From: Nitrososphaerota archaeon
GTDB lineage: Archaea > Thermoproteota > Nitrososphaeria_A > Caldarchaeales > Calditenuaceae
DNA length: 64,000 nucleotides
Direction: 5' to 3'
Assembly: GCA_033581555.1 (NCBI GenBank)
Contig: JAVQSZ010000001.1
Location: 32,001 to 96,000, forward strand
The position numbers and the translations under genes were made by a program. Below are positions 20,000-31,400 of this stretch, one piece after another. Position 1 is the first letter of the stretch, and each line of letters begins with the position of its first letter. The notes beneath the pieces were generated by a model that was not told the DNA's origin, searched no databases, and worked only from the letters and a program-made list of their open reading frames with translations.

Positions 20000-20592
20000 C
20001 CCGAGCTCCGCGTCCGAGGCGTTACCTGATAGGCCTCTCAATCCTAGGGGCTGATCCGTCGGACCACCAGGCCCTCCTCTCCGAGGTGAGGTCGCTCCTG
20101 AGCGGGACCAGCGCTCAGGTCATCGAGGTGAGGATCTCCGACGCGAGGGTCGAGGTGGACCTGAGGACGGAGGCGATCTCCGAGGCCCTCGAGGTGCTCG
20201 GAAAGCTCGGCGAGGTCCAGCACTGCGTCGAGGTTGGGGTCGAGGAGCCCGGCGCGGACCCCTTCGAGAGGGCGGTAAGGCTTTACACCGAGAGGAGGTA
20301 CTGGGAGGCCCACGAGGCCCTCGAGTCGCTCTGGAGGAAGTCCGGGGGCCAGGAGAGGGCCCTGCTCAACGGGCTGATCCTGATCGCGGCGGCACACGTC
20401 AAGCTCCAGACCGGCGACCGGGAGGGATACTTCAGGCTCCTCAGGAGGGCCCTCGGGAGGCTCGAGGCGTCGGAGATCCGGGAGTACAGGGGGCTCGACG
20501 TCAGTGCGATGGTTGATGCGATCAGGCAGGTCCTCGAGGAGGGCCGCACGGGCTTCGGGCTGATCCCGCTGGTCCGGAGAGGGGACGCGTAA
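19996..20592 (+). CDS. DUF309 domain protein with extra N-terminal domain
   Basis: RYWEAHEALESLW, GLILIAAAHVK; ATG 19996 overlaps the rpl15e stop. Confidence 0.82.
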   Translation: MTRAPRPRRYLIGLSILGADPSDHQALLSEVRSLLSGTSAQVIEVRISDARVEVDLRTEAISEALEVLGKLGEVQHCVEVGVEEPGADPFERAVRLYTERRYWEAHEALESLWRKSGGQERALLNGLILIAAAHVKLQTGDREGYFRLLRRALGRLEASEIREYRGLDVSAMVDAIRQVLEEGRTGFGLIPLVRRGDA

Positions 20593-20625
20593 ACACATAT
20601 TGAGTCCCCGGCGATCTCAAGGGCG

Positions 20626-21522
20626 ATGAGCGAGCAGCGCGAACCGCTCGTCTACATCGACGGCGAGTTCTACCCCAAGTCCCAAGCGAAGGTCTCGGTC
20701 TTCGACCACGGACTCCTTTACGGAGACGGCGTCTTCGAGGGGATCAGGGTCTACGACGGTGTGGTCTTCAAGCTCAAGGAGCACATCGACAGGCTCTACA
20801 ATTCCGCGAAGGTCCTCAGGATCAGAATACCGATGGACAAGGAGACGATGATCGGCGAGGTCGTGAGGACAGTCAGGGCCAACGGCTTCAGGGACGCGTA
20901 CATCAGGCTAGTGGTCACGAGGGGCGTCGGCGACCTGGGCCTGGACCCGAGGAAGTGCGGGAGGCCGAGCGTGATCATCATCGTCGAGCACCTGGAGCCG
21001 ATACTGGGGAAGGGCGAGAGGGAGTTCGGTGTATCGGTGATCATCAGCTCGACGAGAAGGGACCCGGTCTACGCCACGAGCCACGAGGTCAAGTCCCTCA
21101 ACTACCTCAACTCGATCCTCGCGAAGATCGAAGCGATTGAGGCTGGCGCCGACGACGCGATCATGCTCGACAGCCGAGGCTTCCTCTCCGAGGCCACAGG
21201 CGCGAACCTCTTCATCGTGCGGGACGGGAAGCTCTACACGCCGCCTGTCACCGCGGGCATCCTCCCCGGGATAACGAGGGCGGTCGTGATGGAGATCGCC
21301 GCGAGGCTCGGGATACCCGTGATCGAGCGGGACCTCACACCGGTCGAGCTGATGATCGCCGACGAGGCCTTCGTCACCGGCACGGGAGCGGAGCTGGTGC
21401 CGATAGGGTTCGTGAACAAACTCCCGATCAACGACGGCCGTCCCGGCCCAGTCTTCAGGAAGATCCTCGAGGAGTTCAACAGGGTGAAGAGGGACCCACG
21501 TAACGGAGTGAAGGCACTATAG
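20626..21522 (+). CDS. ilvE: Branched-chain amino acid aminotransferase
   Basis: DHGLLYGDGVFEGIR, KSLNYLN, E..GANLF, LPGITR, FVTGT.AE. Confidence 0.96.
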   Translation: MSEQREPLVYIDGEFYPKSQAKVSVFDHGLLYGDGVFEGIRVYDGVVFKLKEHIDRLYNSAKVLRIRIPMDKETMIGEVVRTVRANGFRDAYIRLVVTRGVGDLGLDPRKCGRPSVIIIVEHLEPILGKGEREFGVSVIISSTRRDPVYATSHEVKSLNYLNSILAKIEAIEAGADDAIMLDSRGFLSEATGANLFIVRDGKLYTPPVTAGILPGITRAVVMEIAARLGIPVIERDLTPVELMIADEAFVTGTGAELVPIGFVNKLPINDGRPGPVFRKILEEFNRVKRDPRNGVKAL

Positions 21523-21545
21523 GGCCTGAAACCCGAGCGTCTTCT

Positions 21546-22997
21546 CTAGGCGCCCAACCAATAGAGGATCAGGGACTGGACCTGGGGCAGGTAGAGCCCG
21601 AACGAGGCTATCAGCGCGAGGAGTACTGCCATCGGAACGGCCATGCTGATCGGCGCGTCGTGGGTGTGCCTGTACTCTCCGACCTGGAAGACGTACATGA
21701 AGGTCCTGGTGTAGTACCCGAGGGTTATCGCCGTCGCGAGGATCGCGACGAAGGTCAGGGTCCACAGTCCGGCCTGGAAGCCTCCAAGGAAGATCACCAG
21801 CTCGCTGAAGAAGCCCGCGAGGGGCGGGGTGCCGGCGATCGAGAGGCCGCCCACGAGGAAGGCGACCGCGGTGAAGGGCATCGCGCCGATAAGGCCTCCT
21901 AACTTCCTGATGTCCCTCTCCCCCACCGAGTGGATTATCACTCCTGCGGTCATGAAGAGCAGCGACTTCGCGAGCCCGTGGGTGAAGACCTGAAGTAGGC
22001 CGCCGTTGACGCCGAGCGGTATGAAGACCGAGAGGCCGAAGGAGATGTACCCGATCTGGCTGACGGAGCTGTACGCGAGTATCCTCTTTATGTCGGTCTG
22101 GACCAGCGCCATCGCGCCACCCCAGATCATGGTAACGACCGAGAGGAGCGCGACCACGTCGGAGTAGACCCTGAACGCGTCGCCCAGCATTCCGATCACG
22201 ATCCTCGCGAAGGCATAGGCGCCGGTCTTGATCATCACGCCGCTCAGCAGGACGCTTATCGGGGTCGGGGCCTCGGCGTGGGCGTCGGGGAGCCAAGTGT
22301 GAACGGGGAAGAGGGCCATCTTGACCGCGGCCCCCACGAGAATCAGCGCGGATATCGTTACCAGCTCAGGCCTCGGGCTCGCGGCCGCCATCCTCTCGAT
22401 CGTCGAGAACTCTACGTTGCCGTAGAGGGCGTTGAGCCAGATGATCCCCGCGAGCAGGGAGAGCGCTCCTGCGTGGGTCATCGCGAAGTACTTGAACCCG
22501 ATCACCCTCGCGTTCCCTGTACCCCAGTAGGCGATGAGGAAGTAGCTCGGTATCAGCATGACCTCCCAGAAGATGTAGAACAGGAAGAGGTTCGTGACCA
22601 GCACGACCCCGATCATCCCCCCGACAAAGAGCATCAGGAGCGGGTAGTACACCTCCAGGGCCCTCTCCTTCTCCATGTACCTCCACGAGTAGACGCTGGA
22701 GAGGAACCCGACGAGCGTGATCAGGAGGAGGAAGAAGTAGCTGAGGCCGTCGAGCCTGAAGCCGAGCGTGAGGCCGAGCTGCGGGAGCCACGGTATCGAC
22801 TCTTCGACCACCCTGCCCGCCAGGACGTCGGGGAGGTGAAGGAGCGTGAGGGCGAACGGCACGGCCAGCGTGACCGAGGAGATCGCCGCGGAGGCCCTCC
22901 AGCCCGCGACCCTCCCGTAGATCAGGGCGAGGGGCGCGAAGCCCAGGGGGACCGCGACCATCAGGAGTAACGTCGGGAAGCCCGGGGCAAGCGACAT
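21546..22997 (-). CDS. Proton-translocating antiporter-like subunit (NuoM/MrpD family)
   Basis: DGLS, FYIFWE, K.ALFPVHTWLPDAHAEAPTP.S.LLSG, KRILAYSSVSQ.G, HGLAK. Confidence 0.9.
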   Translation of the reverse strand: MSLAPGFPTLLLMVAVPLGFAPLALIYGRVAGWRASAAISSVTLAVPFALTLLHLPDVLAGRVVEESIPWLPQLGLTLGFRLDGLSYFFLLLITLVGFLSSVYSWRYMEKERALEVYYPLLMLFVGGMIGVVLVTNLFLFYIFWEVMLIPSYFLIAYWGTGNARVIGFKYFAMTHAGALSLLAGIIWLNALYGNVEFSTIERMAAASPRPELVTISALILVGAAVKMALFPVHTWLPDAHAEAPTPISVLLSGVMIKTGAYAFARIVIGMLGDAFRVYSDVVALLSVVTMIWGGAMALVQTDIKRILAYSSVSQIGYISFGLSVFIPLGVNGGLLQVFTHGLAKSLLFMTAGVIIHSVGERDIRKLGGLIGAMPFTAVAFLVGGLSIAGTPPLAGFFSELVIFLGGFQAGLWTLTFVAILATAITLGYYTRTFMYVFQVGEYRHTHDAPISMAVPMAVLLALIASFGLYLPQVQSLILYWLGA

Positions 22998-23116
22998 TTC
23001 ACGATCCGTCGCGCTGTAGAACCTCATAAACCGTTCACGGCGCGAAGAGGAACGGGCAGTCCGGGTCCGCGCGGGGGAGTAGGAGATAAATCCGGAGGGG
23101 CGAAGGCCCCAACGGA

Positions 23117-23632
23117 ATGCCCCAGACGGTCTCGGAGGCGATCCGGAGGAGGCTCGACTGGAGGAGCTTCGCGGAGAGGCCCGTCCCGAGGGAGGATGTG
23201 ATCGCGATACTCGACGCAGCGAGGTGGGCGGGGAGCGGGAAGAACGCCCAGCACTGGAGGTTCGTGCTGGTCGAGGGCAGGGAGGAGCTGAAGTGGCTCG
23301 CGGACCACTCTCCGAGCGGCAGGTGGTTGGCTGGGGCAGCGTTCGCGGTGATCGTGACGACTGACCCCTCCTATCCCTACCACAAGCTCGACGCCGGCAG
23401 GGCCCTCACCAACATGCAGCTCGAGGCCTGGAGCAGGGGAATAGTCTCCTGCATCACGACGGGCTTCGACGAGAGGGCTATCAGGGAGAGGTACGGCATA
23501 CCGGAGGGGCGCTCGATCGACCTGATCGTCGGCTTCGGCTACCCCGATAGGAGGCTGGTCGGTAGGAAGAGCAGGAGGCCGTTACGGGAGCTGGCGTACG
23601 AGGGCAGGTACGGCGCGCCTCTCGGGGCATGA
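23117..23632 (+). CDS. Nitroreductase family protein
   Basis: IRRR...R.F, ARWA.SGKN.Q.W.F, DAG....NM.L.A...G..SC, GYP. Confidence 0.9.
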   Translation: MPQTVSEAIRRRLDWRSFAERPVPREDVIAILDAARWAGSGKNAQHWRFVLVEGREELKWLADHSPSGRWLAGAAFAVIVTTDPSYPYHKLDAGRALTNMQLEAWSRGIVSCITTGFDERAIRERYGIPEGRSIDLIVGFGYPDRRLVGRKSRRPLRELAYEGRYGAPLGA

Positions 23633-25209
23633 GCGGGACGGCAGCGGGCCTCGCGAGGACAGTGGCCGCGGAGATCGCGAGGAGGGGAGTCACAGACAAG
23701 TCCGAGGCGAACAGGGTCAAAGTCGAGGTCGCGAAGTCGCTGAGGGCGGGCTTCGTCCCGTCGGACGCAGAGGTCGTCCGCGCGCTGATCGAGATGGGCC
23801 ACCGGGAGATCGCGGAGGCGCTCAGGGCGAAGCCGGTGAAGACGAGGTCAGGCGTCTCGGTCATCACGGTGGTCCTTCCGCTCTTCCTCTGCCCCCACGG
23901 TCGCTGCGTCTACTGCCCGGGAGGAGGAAGCACCGGAGTTCCCCAGAGCTACACGGGAAGGGAGGCGTGGGTCGACTTCGCGAGGTCGATCGGCTATGAC
24001 GTCAGGCTCCAGGTCGAGGCCCAGGCCTCCAAGCTGGGGAGTATGGGCCATCGGGTCGACAAGGTCGAGCTGATCTTCATCGGCGGGACGTTCACCGCGG
24101 CTCCCCTCGAGTTCCAGAGGAGGGCGATCAAGGAGGCGCTCGACGGACTCCACGGCCCCTCCACCTCGCTAAGGGAGGCGCTCGAGAGGGCCGAGAGCGC
24201 GATGCCCCGGGTCTCGGGGATTACCGTCGAGACGAAGCCCGATTGGGCGAAGGGGAGCGTCGGCGACGAGCTACTCCGGATGGGCGTCACGAGGGTCGAG
24301 ATAGGCGTACAGGCGCTCGACGACGAAGTCTACCGGATCGTGAGGAGGGGCCATACGGTCCAGGACGTCGCCTACGCGACCGCGGACCTGAGGGACAGGG
24401 CCTTTAAGGTGACCTACCACGTGATGCCGGGCCTCCCAAGGAGCACGCCCCAGAGGGACCGGGAGTGGTTCAGGCAGCTCTTCGACGACCCGAGGTTCAG
24501 GCCCGACGCGCTTAAGGTCTACCCGACGATGGTCCTGCCCGGGACGCCGCTTCACGCGATGTACGCGCGGGGCGAGTACGAGCCCTACGACCTCGAGGAG
24601 ATGGTGGAGCTGCTGGTGGACTGGCTGAGCTTCGTACCTCCCTACGTCAGGGTGAACAGGATCAGGAGGGAGATACCGGAGGAGGCAGCAGTCGCCGGCG
24701 CGTGGCCCGGGAACCTAAGGCAGCTGGTCGAGGCGAGGATGCGGAGCAGGGGCCTGAGGTGCAGGTGCGTGAGGTGCAGGGAGGTCGGGAACCCGGAGGC
24801 CTGGGACGGAGTAGACCCTTCCGAGGTGACTTTCGAGGTCTCGGAGCTCCGGTATGAGGCCTCGGGAGGCACGGAGTTCTTCCTCTCCTACGAGGACCCG
24901 GAGAGTGGGCTACTGGCCGGACTCCTGAGGCTCAGGCTCCCGGAGAGGGACGTTAACGGGCTGACTGAGGGCGCGGCGCTCGTGAGGGAGCTCCACGTCT
25001 ACGGCCCGTTGGTCCCGGTCGGTCGCAAGGACCCGGTGTCATGGCAGCACAAGGGCATCGGCGCAAAGCTGATGGCGAGGGCAGAGGAGATCGCCGGTTC
25101 AGAGGGGAGAAGGAGGGTGCTGGTGATCAGCGGCGTCGGTGTGAGGGAGTACTACTACAGGCTTGGGTACAGGAGGTTCGGGCCCTACGTCGCCAAGGAC
25201 CTCCGCTGA
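23629..25209 (+). CDS. elp3: tRNA uridine(34) acetyltransferase Elp3
   Basis: CPHGRCVYCPGG, PQSYTG.E, RVEIGVQ, CRCVRCRE, RELHVYG, QHKG.G, ISGVGVREYY. Confidence 0.96.
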   Translation: MSGTAAGLARTVAAEIARRGVTDKSEANRVKVEVAKSLRAGFVPSDAEVVRALIEMGHREIAEALRAKPVKTRSGVSVITVVLPLFLCPHGRCVYCPGGGSTGVPQSYTGREAWVDFARSIGYDVRLQVEAQASKLGSMGHRVDKVELIFIGGTFTAAPLEFQRRAIKEALDGLHGPSTSLREALERAESAMPRVSGITVETKPDWAKGSVGDELLRMGVTRVEIGVQALDDEVYRIVRRGHTVQDVAYATADLRDRAFKVTYHVMPGLPRSTPQRDREWFRQLFDDPRFRPDALKVYPTMVLPGTPLHAMYARGEYEPYDLEEMVELLVDWLSFVPPYVRVNRIRREIPEEAAVAGAWPGNLRQLVEARMRSRGLRCRCVRCREVGNPEAWDGVDPSEVTFEVSELRYEASGGTEFFLSYEDPESGLLAGLLRLRLPERDVNGLTEGAALVRELHVYGPLVPVGRKDPVSWQHKGIGAKLMARAEEIAGSEGRRRVLVISGVGVREYYYRLGYRRFGPYVAKDLR

Positions 25210-25211
25210 CC

Positions 25212-26450
25212 TCAGAAGAGCGTTACCTTCCCCTCCAGTATCTCCGACGTCAGCCTGGTGACGTTGTCGAGCTCCTCGTTGACGATGCTGTTGACCTCGT
25301 AGACGTCGCCCGACCTGACGGCCCTCGCGGGGACGTAGCTGACCGTGACTGAGAGCGGCTGGTCGATCCTCTTCCCTATTTGGGACAGGAGCTTGACGTA
25401 GACCTCATCGAAGGCGTCCGTGCTCTCATAGATCCTCCTGGCCATCTTGAACGCGAGGACGTTGTAGATCTTCCCGACGTGAGAGATGGGGTTCTTCCCC
25501 GCGGTGGCCTCCATCGACATGTACCTGAAAGGCGTTATCAGCCCCGAGGCCCTATTGCCCCTCCCCGCGTTGCCGTCGTCGCCGTGCTCCGCGGAGGTCC
25601 CCGTCACCGTGAGGTAAACGGTGCTCCTCTCGGGCTGGCCGGGGTAGATCCTGTCGGCGGTGTTGACGTTCACCGTGACCTCGAACTCGGGCGCTATCTT
25701 GGTGGCGAGGTCCGCGACCTCATCGGCCAATTGCTGCTTCACGTTGACGTAGTGATCGAGGTCATAGGTCAGGTGGGAGACGATGCCGTTGGCGACGGTC
25801 AACGTCACCTTGTTACCGATTCTCAGGCCCATGACCTTGCAGTCCTCCCCGCTCTCCTTGATCCTCGACTTGAACTCCTTCGAGTTGATCGTCCTCTCGG
25901 TCATCAGGACCAGTCTCTCGAGGGGCGTGAAGGGCGCGAACCCTACGCCGAAGGACGTGTCGTTAGCTAGCGGGACCTCCTCGCGGGCCTCCACGACGCT
26001 CACGAGGTCGACGCTCCCGGGCTTCACCTTGTAGTCGAAGATGACGTGCCTATCGGGGTCGAGGAACCTGAAGTTCCCCTTGACGAACTCCTTTCCCGCC
26101 TCCAGGATGATCTCCCCCACGGGTATCTCCTCGTTGTTGCTGCCCTTGTTCACCTGCGTCGTCGCCCTCCCCGCGACCACGATCAGTATCGGCTCGAGGA
26201 GCTCTCCTCCCCCGAACCTCGGGGCCGACCTCCCTCCGACGAGGAGGCCCTTGTCGAGGTTGTGGTGGAGTATCCTGTTGAACCGCTCGAGGTAGTACTT
26301 CGAGAGCTTCACGCTCGACGCCTCACAGACCGAGTCGATGATGAAGTCCGGGTGGCCCAATCCCTTCCGCTCGACGATCTCAGCGTCCCTTCTGTGCACT
26401 GGCAGGGACTTCACCTCCTCGAAGACGACGTTACGGCCTGACATCGTCAT
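25212..26450 (-). CDS. mat: Archaeal S-adenosylmethionine synthetase
   Basis: [48 protein letters not shown]. Confidence 0.96.
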   Translation of the reverse strand: MTMSGRNVVFEEVKSLPVHRRDAEIVERKGLGHPDFIIDSVCEASSVKLSKYYLERFNRILHHNLDKGLLVGGRSAPRFGGGELLEPILIVVAGRATTQVNKGSNNEEIPVGEIILEAGKEFVKGNFRFLDPDRHVIFDYKVKPGSVDLVSVVEAREEVPLANDTSFGVGFAPFTPLERLVLMTERTINSKEFKSRIKESGEDCKVMGLRIGNKVTLTVANGIVSHLTYDLDHYVNVKQQLADEVADLATKIAPEFEVTVNVNTADRIYPGQPERSTVYLTVTGTSAEHGDDGNAGRGNRASGLITPFRYMSMEATAGKNPISHVGKIYNVLAFKMARRIYESTDAFDEVYVKLLSQIGKRIDQPLSVTVSYVPARAVRSGDVYEVNSIVNEELDNVTRLTSEILEGKVTLF

Positions 26451-26508
26451 CTCTACGCGTTCTCCCGGAGATAGCTCCTATTTTGATCTACCCCCCTCGA
26501 CTGAGCCT

Positions 26509-26748
26509 TCAGAGGGAGTCGACGACGGCGACGTAAACGATGTTGTTGCCGCGTATGAGGAGGTGCGGGTAAGAGGCCCTGCGGTTGCCGTTGACGTATT
26601 CCTCGACCCGCTCCAAGACCAGGTTCATGTAAGTGTCGACCTCGATCAGCCTCCCGACGTACTCCGCCTCGTTCTTCAGAACCACGCGCACCTCCTTATT
26701 GACGGAGTTCCTCAGCACCTCGATCGGCCTTCCGGTCTGCAACGACAA
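26509..26748 (-). CDS. Sm/Lsm-like archaeal protein (SmAP)
   Basis: Sm1 (V.LK...Y.G.L...D.YMNLVL) and Sm2 (IRGNNI) motifs. Confidence 0.93.
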   Translation of the reverse strand: MSLQTGRPIEVLRNSVNKEVRVVLKNEAEYVGRLIEVDTYMNLVLERVEEYVNGNRRASYPHLLIRGNNIVYVAVVDSL

Positions 26749-26822
26749 CCTCCCTTCTCACCCGCAGTTGCCCGCCAGATCCTCATAAGTGTATTCCCGT
26801 GGGAGAGCGAGGGACGAGGCAG

Positions 26823-27479
26823 TCAGGACGCGACCTTGACGAGCTCGCTGAAGCAGATACCGCACGCGTAAAGGTTCCCGGAGATCCGCCTAGCGTAGCT
26901 GAGCGGCGCGCCGCAGACCGGACAAGAGTCGGCGTGAGACTTGGGGAACACGTAGCCGCAGTAACCGCACGAGTCGGCCTGGAGCTCCGCGCTCTGCCCG
27001 CACTGGGGACACACCTTCCATTCGCTCCTCGTCTTCACGGAGAACTGCTTGGTCACAGGTGCCGGAGGGCTGGAGTTGCTCTGCCTCGCCGGAGGCGCCG
27101 ACCTCACCGATGGGCTCGGGGCCGACGTTCGCCCAGCAGTAGCCTGCTGGGACTGCTTGGGCCCGACCGACATGGCGGGTGCCTCCCGGACAACTCCCTT
27201 CAGTGACACCGCCCCTTCCGCCTCCGCGAGTCTCGACTCTAGGATCTGCGACGCGACCAGCTCCCTCACGCCCTTCCTGAACGTGTAGGCGCCTATGAGC
27301 GAGGGAGGAACTCCGGCCATCGAGAGGAGGAGGTAGATCGGGACCGAGGGGATCACCTCGACCGCGAGGGCGTCCCCCAAAGGCGTCCCGAGGGCGATCA
27401 GGTAGATGAGGGTCGGGGCGAGGGCGACACCGAGCCCCAGAACGGAGAGCACAAGCCCCACGGTAATCTTCGATGCCAT
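26823..27479 (-). CDS. Two-TM membrane protein with low-complexity linker and C-terminal zinc ribbons
   Basis: Hydrophobic N-terminus, Ser/Pro/Ala linker, CPQC, CGYC, CPVC, CGIC. Confidence 0.78.
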   Translation of the reverse strand: MASKITVGLVLSVLGLGVALAPTLIYLIALGTPLGDALAVEVIPSVPIYLLLSMAGVPPSLIGAYTFRKGVRELVASQILESRLAEAEGAVSLKGVVREAPAMSVGPKQSQQATAGRTSAPSPSVRSAPPARQSNSSPPAPVTKQFSVKTRSEWKVCPQCGQSAELQADSCGYCGYVFPKSHADSCPVCGAPLSYARRISGNLYACGICFSELVKVAS

Positions 27480-27540
27480 GCTTACCCCCCGCTCCGGCCC
27501 GGCCGTATTTATAACATTATTTCCGAACTGTCCCTCGGTC

Positions 27541-28440
27541 TTACTGCGGGGCGCCCGACTGGAGGACCGAGCTCAGGAAGTCCTCGACCATCGTCGGAGG
27601 GACCTCGAGGTGGTAGCGCCTGACGAAGAAGTAGACGACGTTCTGGACGTCCCTTCTGAGGTAGAACTCGGCGTTAGGGTGGTCCCTGCCGACCCACTGC
27701 GGCCAGTCTATTATCCAGGGCCTCCCCTCTTGGTCGAGCATCACGTTGTATGCGCTGAGGTCCCTGTGGATTACCCCGGCCTCGTAGGCGTCCTTGATCG
27801 ACTTAAGGAGCTCCTCGAGGATCAGCTCCGGCGGCCTCTGGACCGACCTGACCCTCACCAGCAGGCGGCCCTCGATCAGCTGGGCGACGACCGCGTGCCT
27901 GTTCCTGTAGACCGGACGGGGGACCGGGAGACCGGCAGCGCTCAGGGTCCTGAGGGCGCTGATTTCGTTGGACGCGAACCTCACCGACGCGGCCAGGTAA
28001 CTCCCGAGCTCGGAGGGGATCTCCCTCGTCCTCCTGTACCTAGTCATGCTGGTCCTGCCTGCCCTGTACAGCTTCAGGGAGACCCGCTCGCCCTCTGGGG
28101 TGACCGCCTCGTAGACGTCGGCCTCCTTCCCGACCCCGAGCGCTCCGCCGACCGAGGCCAGGATGCCCCTCCTCAGCATCGTCCTGAGGGCGAGTGCGTC
28201 GAGGCCGGCGTAGTTCAGGACGTATCCCTGAGCCCTCCCGTGGGGAGCCCAGACCAGCGAGGCTCCGTGGAGGTCCTTCAGCAGCTTCGCGACGTAATCC
28301 CCGGAGAGCCCGAGGTCCCTCGAGATCGCCTCTGGGAGGGCCGCGGAGCCCCTCAGCGAGCTCCGCTCGATCGCCCGGAGAACGTTGAAATGCCTGTCTG
28401 AGAGCTCTTCGACCGCCCTCAGCGTCCTAGCCAGCTCCAA
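27541..28440 (-). CDS. rio2: RIO2 family Ser/Thr kinase
   Basis: N-terminal wHTH with GLDALAL, GVGKEADVY, NRHAV, IHRDLSAYNV, IIDWPQW. Confidence 0.93.
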   Translation of the reverse strand: MELARTLRAVEELSDRHFNVLRAIERSSLRGSAALPEAISRDLGLSGDYVAKLLKDLHGASLVWAPHGRAQGYVLNYAGLDALALRTMLRRGILASVGGALGVGKEADVYEAVTPEGERVSLKLYRAGRTSMTRYRRTREIPSELGSYLAASVRFASNEISALRTLSAAGLPVPRPVYRNRHAVVAQLIEGRLLVRVRSVQRPPELILEELLKSIKDAYEAGVIHRDLSAYNVMLDQEGRPWIIDWPQWVGRDHPNAEFYLRRDVQNVVYFFVRRYHLEVPPTMVEDFLSSVLQSGAPQ

Positions 28441-31400
28441 CGCCTCTCCTTCTCACCAGCCCGATTACGAGCTTCGCGCCCTCGACTACCCACTCGCTGA
28501 CCTTGACGAACTCCTCCTCCGAGGGCGGGGAGCCTGCGAGCTCGAGCCTCGTCCTCGTCTCCTCCTCGATGTGTTCGACGAAGGACTTGAGCCCCTCAAC
28601 CCTTAGTGGGTCGGAGACGTAGACGCTGCAGTCGACGACCTCGGTCAACTCAAGGCTTAGCTCCTTCCTCATCACCTGGACCCGCCTGATCACCTCGTTC
28701 GAGAAGGCGATCGACCTCAGGACCTCGTCTGTCCTCGCGTCGACGTAGACGGTCGCGAACCTCCCGCTCGACGACTTGAGCCAGTCCGGCATCCTCTCGA
28801 CGACCTGCACGTGTTCGGGCCTCAGGACGAAGACTGACCCGTCGGGGAGGTTGAGGACGCACTCGCCGTTCGAGTTGAGCGCCTCGATCACCTCGACAGG
28901 CTTGGAGGACTTGAGGGCCGCCAACACGTCGTTGAACCTCCTGCCCGCGGCCGGCCCCAGCTCGCTAAAGACGGGCTCGAGCTCCCTCCACGCCTCCTTG
29001 GGCAATTCGCCAACCTCCAGAACCTCGACGCGCATCGCGTTCGTCATCCTGGTGATGTAGTCTGAGAGCCTGAGTATCGAGTCCCTGGCCCTCGGGGAGT
29101 TGGGCGACACGACAACCCTCGAGACGGGCCACCTCAGCTTGTACCCGGCCTTCTGCCTCGCGCTGAGGGAAGCTGTGATGACGTCGTCGACCACCTCCAT
29201 CGCGTCCTCGAGCTCCTGGTCGATCTTCTCGGGCTCGACCCTCGGCCACTTCGTCAGGGAGACGCTCTCCGGCATGGACTTCGTCCGCAGGCGCTGGTAG
29301 AGGTACTCTGCGATGTAAGGCGCGAAGGCCGAGAGCATCGTCAGGTACCTCACGAGCACGTAGTAGGTCGCGGCGTAGGAGGCGATCTTCTTCGGGGACC
29401 TCGTCTCCTCCCAGAACCTCCTCCTTACGGCCCTGATGTACCTCCTGCTCAGCTCGTCCGTCGCGAACCTCAGCAGCGCCCTCGCGGCATCCGTGAGCTC
29501 GTACCTCTCGATCGAAGAGGTGACCGACCTTATCAGCGAGTTGACCCTTGATACGATCCACTTGTCCTCGGGCTCCGCGAACCTCTCGTAGGCGTCGTAG
29601 CCCTCCCGCTCCGGGTCGTACCTGTCCAGGTCGAAGTAGGTCTTCGCGAAGGAGACGACGTTCCAGAGGACGTTGAGATTGGCTTGGACCTGCCTGACCT
29701 CGTCTGGATCGAAGTTCATAGTCTCCCAGACCTGAGACTTGACGAGAAGGTAGAGGCGGAGGTTGTCGACCCCGAACCTCTCGAACGACTCCCTGGCCCA
29801 GATGACGTTCCCTCTGCTCTTGGACATCTTCTTCCCCTCCTTATCGAGGACGTGGCTCTGCGTCAGGACCGACTTGAAGGGCGACCTGCCGAAGATGAGG
29901 GCCGAGGTGAAGAGGAGCGTGTAGAACCACCCGCGGGTCTGGTCGATCGCCTCGGTGATGAAGTCGTAAGGGAAGAGCCTGTTGAAAAGGCTTGGGTTCG
30001 AGAGGTAGTCTACGCTAGCGAAGTGGGCGACGCCTGAGTCGAGCCAGGTGTCCAGTACGAACGGCTCCCTCCTCATCATCCCCCCACACCTCTCGCACCT
30101 GAAGACGACCGCGTCGATCCACGGCCTGTGGAGCCTGAGAGGCCTCGGGACCTCGGTAGCGTCCCTCTCAATCTCGGCCTTCGACCCGACGACCCTCCTG
30201 GAGCCGCAGGACTCGCAGGTCCACACGTTCAGAGGGGTTCCCCAGACTTTGGTCCTCGAGATGCACCAGTCCTCAGCGTTCTCGAGCCACTCCCTGAACC
30301 TCGCCGAACCAGCCCAGGCCGGGACCCACCTGACCCTGCTGTTCTCCTCGAGCATCAGCCTCTTTATTCGGTCGACCCTGAGGAACCACTGCCTGCTCGC
30401 GAGGTAGACGAGGGGCGTCCCGCACCTCCAGCAGTGAGGGTAGTTGTGGACGACCGTACCTCTGTGGAGCAGGAGGCCCTTCCTCGAGAGGAGCTGGATG
30501 ATGTCATCCGCGGACTCCCTGTGGTCCCTCCCGGAAAAGGGCCCGACCTCGTCCGTGAAGGCGCCGTTGGTGGCGATCGGGCAGAAGACCGGAAGACCGT
30601 GCCTCTTCCCGAGCTCGAAGTCCTCGGGGCCGTGGCCGGGCGCGATGTGGACGAGCCCTGTCCCCTCCTCCATCGAGACGAACTCGGCCGTGAGTATCGA
30701 GTGCGCGGGGTGTTTGTGCTGACCGTGGACCCTTACCTCCTCCGCGAACGGATGAACGTACTTCAGGCCCTCGAGCTCGGAGCCCGGGAACCTCCTCACC
30801 ACTTCCGCTGTCCTGAGCCTCGCGTCGCTCCTGACCCGTTCGAGCAGCTTCTCCGCGACGATCAGTTTGCCGCGGTCGGTGCTGACCTCGACGTAGACCT
30901 CGTCGCCGTTCACCGCTATCGCCTCGTTGGCCAGCAGCGTCCAGGGAGTCGTCGTCCAGATGACCGCGTAGGTCCCGGGCTTGGACTCGATCGGGAAGAG
31001 GACGTACAGCGAGAAGTCCTCGACCTCCTCGTAGCCCTGGGAGACCTCGTGGGAGGAGAGGGGGGTCTCGCACCTAGGGCAGAAGGGGACTACCTTGTAG
31101 CTGACGACCAGGTCGCCCTCCTCATGGGCCTTCTTGAGGAGGTACCAAATGTGCTCCATGTACCGCTCGTTCCTGGTCTCGTAGGCGGTGTCGTAGTCGA
31201 GCCAGAGTCCTAGCCTCTCCGAGTCGGCCCTCCAGTGACCGATGTAATGATCGACCAGCCTGTTCGCCTCCTCGACGAACCTCTCCATCCCTATCGCCTC
31301 GATGTCCTTCTTCGACCTGATCCCGAGCGCCTTCTCGACCTCGATCTCCGTCGGGAGGCCCTGGCAGTCCCACCCGGCCCTCTTCCAGACGTAGAACCCC

